This document shows, in pieces, positions 36,450 to 41,067 of a DNA stretch of 41,067 bases (position 1 is its first letter; every line of letters begins with the position of its first letter). Made by a program: the position numbers and the translations under genes. Source of the DNA: an uncultured Coriobacteriia bacterium (GTDB taxonomy: Bacteria; Actinomycetota; Coriobacteriia; Coriobacteriales; QAMH01); NCBI GenBank assembly GCA_949879855.1, contig CATLBX010000003.1, positions 1-41,067 on the forward strand. The letters are read 5' to 3'. The notes beneath the pieces are model-generated. The model worked only from the letters and a program-made list of their open reading frames with translations. It made no database searches and was not told where the DNA came from.

Positions 36450-37157
36450 ATGGACCAGCAGGCTCTGATGCAGCAAACCGAAGACAGGTGCGATAACTAC
36501 GCGATGCTCTCGCGCCTGTTCAGAAGCGAGCTCGACCGCGAGCTCATCGCCGATCTCGTCGAAAGCCCGGCCGCCGAGCCGACGGGCAACACGCACTTCG
36601 ACTCGGGCTACGCACGCCTCCGCTCGTACCTTGACGCCGTCGACGACCTTGATCGTGCCAAGTCGGCGCTAGCGATCGACTACTGCCTCGCGTTCCTCGG
36701 CTACGGGGTCGACCCCGAGAAGGCGGACGAGGCCGGCAGGAATGCCGCCTATCCGTACGAGTCGATCTACCGTACGGGCGCCAAGTCGCTCGGCGGCGAC
36801 CACTGCGCCGAGGTGTCCGACGTGTTCCGCTCCTGCATGTTCATGCCCACCCGCGACCGACTCATCGCCGAGGACCACATCGCGTGCGAGCTCGAGTTCA
36901 TGCAGTTCATGGCCAACGGCGAGCTCGTCGCCCTGCACGATGGCGAACTTGCGGTCGTGCGCGGGACGCAGAAGAAGGAGCTCGAGTTTCTCGAGGGCCA
37001 TCTGCTCGCGTGGGCGGAGAGCTTCAGGCAGGCGGTGGAGCAGTTCGCCGAGACGGACTTCTACGTCGGCTTGCTCGAGATGACGCAGGGCTGGCTTGAA
37101 CTGGACGCGGAGTACCTGCGCGAGGCATGCGCGGAAGAAGGGGAGGATGCATCATGA
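36450..37157 (+). CDS. TorD/DmsD/NarJ-family molybdoenzyme maturation chaperone
   Basis: Family hallmarks are present: YAMLSRLFRSELD near the N-terminus, and the AEDHIACELEFMQFM block (E.DH...ELEFM). Confidence 0.75.
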   Translation: MDQQALMQQTEDRCDNYAMLSRLFRSELDRELIADLVESPAAEPTGNTHFDSGYARLRSYLDAVDDLDRAKSALAIDYCLAFLGYGVDPEKADEAGRNAAYPYESIYRTGAKSLGGDHCAEVSDVFRSCMFMPTRDRLIAEDHIACELEFMQFMANGELVALHDGELAVVRGTQKKELEFLEGHLLAWAESFRQAVEQFAETDFYVGLLEMTQGWLELDAEYLREACAEEGEDAS

Positions 37158-37474
37158 CGACCGATCACGGCCCGGACGGGCGTAACTGGAACAAGAACGA
37201 GGTCGAGTATGACCTTGGCGTCGCCGGTCCCGGCCAGAGCATCGTCATCACCATCACCCGTTCCGTCGCGGTCAAGATCATGGACCACGACAGCTACGAG
37301 CTCTACAAGGCGGGCGAGGACTGCAAGGCCTTTTCAGGCCAGCTCACCTCGTCACCGTACCGGTTCAAGCTGCCGCGCGAGGCACGATGGCACGTGATCA
37401 TCAACCCCCACACCTATTCGGGCACCGCCGAATTCAACGTCCGTCTCATTGACGACGAGGTGCTCGACGGCTAG
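37154..37474 (+). CDS. DUF1883-like small protein
   Basis: The start overlaps the chaperone stop (ATGA at 37154-37157) and is preceded by GGGAGGA. The pattern YDLG..G.G..V.I......V.IMD...Y..YK.G....F.G....SPY.F.LP....WHVII matches my memory of DUF1883. Confidence 0.65.
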   Translation: MTTDHGPDGRNWNKNEVEYDLGVAGPGQSIVITITRSVAVKIMDHDSYELYKAGEDCKAFSGQLTSSPYRFKLPREARWHVIINPHTYSGTAEFNVRLIDDEVLDG

Positions 37475-37484
37475 GGGACGAAGC

Positions 37485-37570
37485 GGGGGACGGACCCTCG
37501 ATCACCGTCGGTGACAAAGAGGGGACAGACCCCCATCGATCGCCGCCGGTGACAAGCAGGGGACAGACCC
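37485..37570 (+). repeat. One degenerate and two intact forward mini-hairpin elements
   Basis: GGGGGACGGACCC at 37485 is degenerate. ggtgacaaagaGGGGACAGACCCCC is at 37521 and ccgccggtgacaagcaGGGGACAGACCC is at 37559. Confidence 0.85.
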
Positions 37571-37660
37571 TCGGCTTGGACCCTTGATTTGCAATTTGGT
37601 TCGTACGGCGCGGCCACGAGGAAAGGCCGGGCCGTTAAGAAGGAGAAGGAGAGTGAAGCA

Positions 37661-40027
37661 ATGGAGTTAAGTGATTACAAGCCAGCTCCAGTAGTGAAGC
37701 TGGACAGCCTTTCCGACGTCAACGACATCGGAAAGCCCTGGCGCTACGAGGACGGCGACTACACCGTCACCCGCACCTGCCCGTGGTCACCCCCGGGATG
37801 CCATCCGGTAGGTTGCGGTCTCAAGCTCTACGTCAACGAGGACGGTAGGCTCGAGCACGTCGAGGGCGACGAGAACCATCCCGTCACCCAGGGTCGCCTG
37901 TGCCCGAGGTGCATCACGCTGAAGGACTACGTCTACAGCCCCGCCCGCATCCTCACCCCGATGAAGCGCGACCGTGCCGAGCGCGGCAACGCCGACGCCT
38001 GGGAGGAGTGCTCCTGGGACGAGGCGTTCGCCATCATCAAGGAGAACTACGAGCGCATCGTCGACCAGTACGGCCCCGAGTCCATCATCGGCATGTCCGG
38101 CACCGGCCGCGAGGGCGGTACCATGTCGCTGTATCCCACCATGGTCTTCGGCACGCCCAACTACTGCTACATGCAGTCCGGTTACGCCTGCTACACCCCG
38201 CGCCTGGCGGCAGCCGCCTACATCACCGGCTCCACCTACTCCGAGTGGGACTACGCCGGCGCCCTGCCCGATCGCTGGGATGACGAGCGCTACACCCTGA
38301 CCGAGGTTCTGGTCATGTGGGGCAAGGCTCCGCTCGAGTCCAACCCCGACGGCTTCTTCGGCCATGCGGTCGTCGACGCCATGCGCCGCGGCACGCGCCT
38401 CATCCAGATCGACCCGCGCGTCAACTGGCTGTCCGCCCGCGCCGACATCTTCATCCAGCTGCGCGCCGGCACGGACACCGCCCTGGCCATGGCCATGCTC
38501 GACATCATCATCAAGGAAGACCTCTACGACCACGAGTTCGTCGAGTACTGGTGCTACGGCTTCGAGCAGCTCGCCGAGCGCGTCGCCACGATGCCCGCCG
38601 AGAAGGCCGCCGAGATCTGCCAGGTTCCCGTCGAGAAGATCTACGCCGCGGCCCGCATGTACGCGAAGGCCAAGCCGGCTGCCATCATGTGGGGTCTGGC
38701 CGTCGACCAGAAGACCGACGGTATGCAGAACAGCCAGTGCATCATCGCGCTGCAGGCCATCACCGGCAACTTCGACCGCCCGGGCGGCCAGCTCGTCCCC
38801 GGTGCCGACGCCGGCCACAACGAGCTCGGCTTCGGCTACAAAGAGTGCATCCCCGACGAGCTCTTCCAGAAGATGATCGGCATGGACCAGTACCCCGCGT
38901 ACTGCAACATGATCCTCAACTCGCAGGTCGACCTCATGCTCGAGTGCCTCGAGACCGACAAGCCCTATCCCATCCGCATGGGCTTCTACATGGCCTCCAA
39001 CCCGCTGTCGAACACCTCGATGGAGCCCAAGCGCTGGCACGACGCCCTGTGCAAGTCGCTGGAGTTCTGCATTGGCATCGACCTGTTCATGAACGCCTCC
39101 ATCCAGGCCACCTGCGACATCTTCCTGCCGATCGCGACCACCGCCGAGCGCGAGGGCACCGTGTTCACGCACTACGCGCCCTGCACGGTCACGGCCGGCT
39201 TCATGCACAAGGCCATCGACTGTGGCGGTCTGCCCTCCGACATGGAGCTCGCCTATCGCCTGGGCAAGTACCTGCATCCGGAGCGCTTCTCCAAGTGGGC
39301 TAACGAGCACGAGCTCGTCGAGGCCTTCCGTCTCGGTGTCGAGAACCACGGCGAGACCTTCGACGAGGTCTCCAAGTGCGTCGTCGCCCAGGTGCCCATC
39401 GAGTACTACAAGTACGAGAAGGGCCTGCTGCGCCAGGACGGCCAGGTTGGCTTCGCCACCCCGACGGGCCGCGTCGAGCTGTGGTCGACCGCCTACAACC
39501 AGTTTGGCGAGGACCCGCTGCCGTTCTACCTCGAGCCCGAGTTCAGCCCGGTCTCCAAGCCGGAGCTCGCCGACGAGTATCCGCTCATCCTCACGACCGG
39601 CGCGCGCACCACGGCGTTCTTCCATTCCGAGAACCGCCAGATTCCCTACACGCGCGAGCTCAATCCCGATCCGCTGCTCGAGATCAACCCCAAGACCGCG
39701 CAGGAGAAGGGCATTGCCGACGGCCAGTGGGTGCGTGTCTGGAACATGTTCGGCGAAGCGCTCATGAAGGCCAAGGTCACCGATGCCGTGGACGAGAAGA
39801 CCGTCCATGGTCAGCACGGCTGGTGGTTCCCCGAGGAGGACGGCAGCGAGCCGAACCTCTACGGCACCTTCCGTTCGCAGATCAACAACCTGTGTCCCAA
39901 CGGCCACATGGGCAAGCTCGGATTCGGCGCTCCCAACAAGTGCCTGATCTGCAACGTCGAGCCTGTGAGCGAGTCGTATGACACCGACATGAATCTCATC
40001 TGGGACAAATTCGGAAAGCTGGTGTAG
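37661..40027 (+). CDS. Second molybdopterin (bis-MGD) oxidoreductase catalytic subunit, paralog of 33559-35898, no signal peptide
   Basis: ATG 37661 follows AAGGAGAAGGAGAG. It has the same FS0 motif (TCPWSPPGCHPVGCG...GRLCPRC) and is collinear with the first enzyme throughout. Identity is roughly 55-65% by eye. Confidence 0.85.
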   Translation: MELSDYKPAPVVKLDSLSDVNDIGKPWRYEDGDYTVTRTCPWSPPGCHPVGCGLKLYVNEDGRLEHVEGDENHPVTQGRLCPRCITLKDYVYSPARILTPMKRDRAERGNADAWEECSWDEAFAIIKENYERIVDQYGPESIIGMSGTGREGGTMSLYPTMVFGTPNYCYMQSGYACYTPRLAAAAYITGSTYSEWDYAGALPDRWDDERYTLTEVLVMWGKAPLESNPDGFFGHAVVDAMRRGTRLIQIDPRVNWLSARADIFIQLRAGTDTALAMAMLDIIIKEDLYDHEFVEYWCYGFEQLAERVATMPAEKAAEICQVPVEKIYAAARMYAKAKPAAIMWGLAVDQKTDGMQNSQCIIALQAITGNFDRPGGQLVPGADAGHNELGFGYKECIPDELFQKMIGMDQYPAYCNMILNSQVDLMLECLETDKPYPIRMGFYMASNPLSNTSMEPKRWHDALCKSLEFCIGIDLFMNASIQATCDIFLPIATTAEREGTVFTHYAPCTVTAGFMHKAIDCGGLPSDMELAYRLGKYLHPERFSKWANEHELVEAFRLGVENHGETFDEVSKCVVAQVPIEYYKYEKGLLRQDGQVGFATPTGRVELWSTAYNQFGEDPLPFYLEPEFSPVSKPELADEYPLILTTGARTTAFFHSENRQIPYTRELNPDPLLEINPKTAQEKGIADGQWVRVWNMFGEALMKAKVTDAVDEKTVHGQHGWWFPEEDGSEPNLYGTFRSQINNLCPNGHMGKLGFGAPNKCLICNVEPVSESYDTDMNLIWDKFGKLV

Positions 40028-40029
40028 AT

Positions 40030-40521
40030 ATGGCAACCTACGGACTTCTTATCGATTACGAGTACTGCACGAACTGCGGTTCCTGCCAGGTCTCCTGCAA
40101 GGAGGAGCATGGCTACCCGGTAGGCAAGACGGGCATCGCCGTCCATGCCGACGGCCCGTGGTACATCGACGATGACAACATCAACTTCAACTACTTCCCC
40201 CTGCCGACAGACCTGTGCGACCTGTGCAAGGACCGCACCGAGCGTGGCCGCGAGCCCATTTGCGTGCATCACTGCCTCGCCAACATCCTGTACTACGGCA
40301 CGGTCGAGGAGCTCTCCAAGAAGCTCGAGGAGAAGCCGAAGCAGATGCTCATCGTCCCGCAGTACATGCCGCGCGTGGCCAGGGGCGAGTTCGTCCACCA
40401 GGAGAACGCGACGGACCTGCACAAGGCCGCTGCCATGGACGTCAAGGGCACGGGCGCCTCGACCTTCGGTGCGCACCGCGCTGACGCCAAGGTCGGCGAG
40501 TACGAGGAGGATGCCGTCTAG
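40030..40521 (+). CDS. 4Fe-4S ferredoxin-type small subunit, paralog of 35899-36246 with a C-terminal extension
   Basis: It carries CTNCGSCQVSC plus CDLC...CVHHC. At 163 aa it is longer than the 115-aa paralog. Confidence 0.8.
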   Translation: MATYGLLIDYEYCTNCGSCQVSCKEEHGYPVGKTGIAVHADGPWYIDDDNINFNYFPLPTDLCDLCKDRTERGREPICVHHCLANILYYGTVEELSKKLEEKPKQMLIVPQYMPRVARGEFVHQENATDLHKAAAMDVKGTGASTFGAHRADAKVGEYEEDAV

Positions 40522-40597
40522 GCGGTATCTGACGAGACATGCTCAGAGCCTTTCGAGGGGGCGCCCGAATCGCCGGGTCGCCCCCTTGGGGGTACTT

Positions 40598-40620
40598 GTG
40601 ACAAGCGGGGGACAGACCCT
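40598..40620 (+). repeat. Forward mini-hairpin element (extended form)
   Basis: GTGACAAGCGGGGGACAGACCCT is identical over 23 nt to the in-CDS copy at 15196-15218. Confidence 0.9.
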
Positions 40621-40630
40621 TGGCCACAGT

Positions 40631-40736
40631 CATTTCGAGCGAAGCGAACGCAGTGAGCGAAGTCGAGAAATCTCGACCGAAACGGTGGGGAGAGGATTCC
40701 TCGCCGCGCGGCCTAGCGGTCGCTCCGCTCGAAGTG
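40631..40736. repeat. 106-nt palindromic element: ~20-nt inverted arms enclosing a 66-nt core with an internal hairpin
   Basis: The left arm catttcgagcgaagcgaacg (40631-40650) pairs with cggtcgctccgctcgaagtg (40717-40736) at 18 of 20 positions, including 1 G-U. The inner hairpin is GTCGAG-AAAT-CTCGAC (40662-40677). Confidence 0.6.
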
Positions 40737-40758
40737 GCAAAAGCCAAGGTGAAAAAGA

Positions 40759-40809
40759 GGGGACAGACCCTTGCGTGTCATTGCTGGTGAGAAGAAGGGG
40801 ACAGACCCC
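40759..40809 (+). repeat. Two forward mini-hairpin elements
   Basis: ggtgaaaaagaGGGGACAGACCC is at 40759 and ggtgagaagaaGGGGACAGACCCC is at 40797. Confidence 0.9.
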
Positions 40810-40830
40810 TGACAGTCAGGAGGGGAAGCC

Positions 40831-41067
40831 ATGGAAGACAATCGAGTCGGCAGGGTAGCCTACATCCGCTACGAGGGCGGCATCCTGGGCGAGCGTCACG
40901 TCGACAAGCACCTGGACGAGCCGCTTGCCGTGCGCATCGGCGCGGGTCGCGTGGTCAAGGGCATCGATGATGCCTTGCGCACCATGGAGGTCGGCGAGAG
41001 CGCGACCCTCATCATCCCTCCCGAGGAAGGTTACGGCGATGCCGATCCCAAGCAGGTCAAGTGGTAT
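40831..41067 (+). CDS. FKBP-type peptidyl-prolyl isomerase (SlyD-like), 3'-truncated by the window edge
   Basis: ATG 40831 follows AGGAGGGGAAGCC. My translation is MEDNRVGRVAYIRYEGGILGERHVDKHLDEPLAVRIGAGRVVKGIDDALRTMEVGESATLIIPPEEGYGDADPKQVKWY, which contains the FKBP signature G.G.V.KG.D.AL..M..GE......P.E.GYG. Confidence 0.75.
   Translation, partial: MEDNRVGRVAYIRYEGGILGERHVDKHLDEPLAVRIGAGRVVKGIDDALRTMEVGESATLIIPPEEGYGDADPKQVKWY

Noticed and set aside
7239-40809. The motif as a Chi, KOPS or DNA-uptake-type oriented chromosomal signal.
   Set aside because: The density (more than one per kb) and the tight clustering in intergenic gaps, with a conserved 5' extension and hairpin potential, fit a dispersed element better than a polar signal. 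It cannot be fully excluded without genome-wide skew analysis, so the strand bias is reported separately.

Overview
High-GC DNA. The gene content suggests a Coriobacteriia/Eggerthellaceae-type gut anaerobe, but this is inference only. Nt 1-19776 is the 3' part of one uninterrupted giant ORF of at least 6,591 codons, with its 5' end outside the window. It encodes a modular, wall-anchored surface protein built from Listeria-Bacteroides repeats alternating with MucBP-like modules. Downstream genes are on the + strand unless noted. In order they are: a DUF2335-like membrane protein, a RAYT-like Y1/HUH (IS200-like) transposase, moeA, a LarE-like PP-loop enzyme, a DUF2510 membrane protein, trigger factor, a SlyD-like FKBP plus a 54-aa acidic ORF (both minus strand), an MFS transporter, a membrane-spanning LuxR-type regulator, a second MFS transporter and a 70-aa collagen-like (xAP)n micro-ORF. 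These are followed by two tandem paralogous operons for signal-peptide-less bis-MGD (acetylene-hydratase-like) molybdo/tungstoenzymes with small ferredoxin subunits, separated by a TorD-like chaperone and a DUF1883 protein. The window ends in a partial second FKBP gene. The most striking signal is not a gene. A mini-hairpin element (core GGGGACAGACCCC, extended consensus about GGTGACAA-N2-3-GGGGACAGACCCY) occurs at least 56 times by my manual count, 47 on the + strand and 9 on the - strand. It fills most of the larger intergenic gaps in clusters of 2-5. It also sits in frame inside coding sequence: 16 copies in the giant adhesin, 2 in the central loop of an MFS transporter, and 1 forming the C-terminus of the LarE-like protein. 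A RAYT-like transposase gene in the window is bracketed by copies, so I propose a REP/RAYT-type system with an unusually short hairpin that also colonises ORFs. No rRNA, tRNA, CRISPR array or cas genes were recognised.
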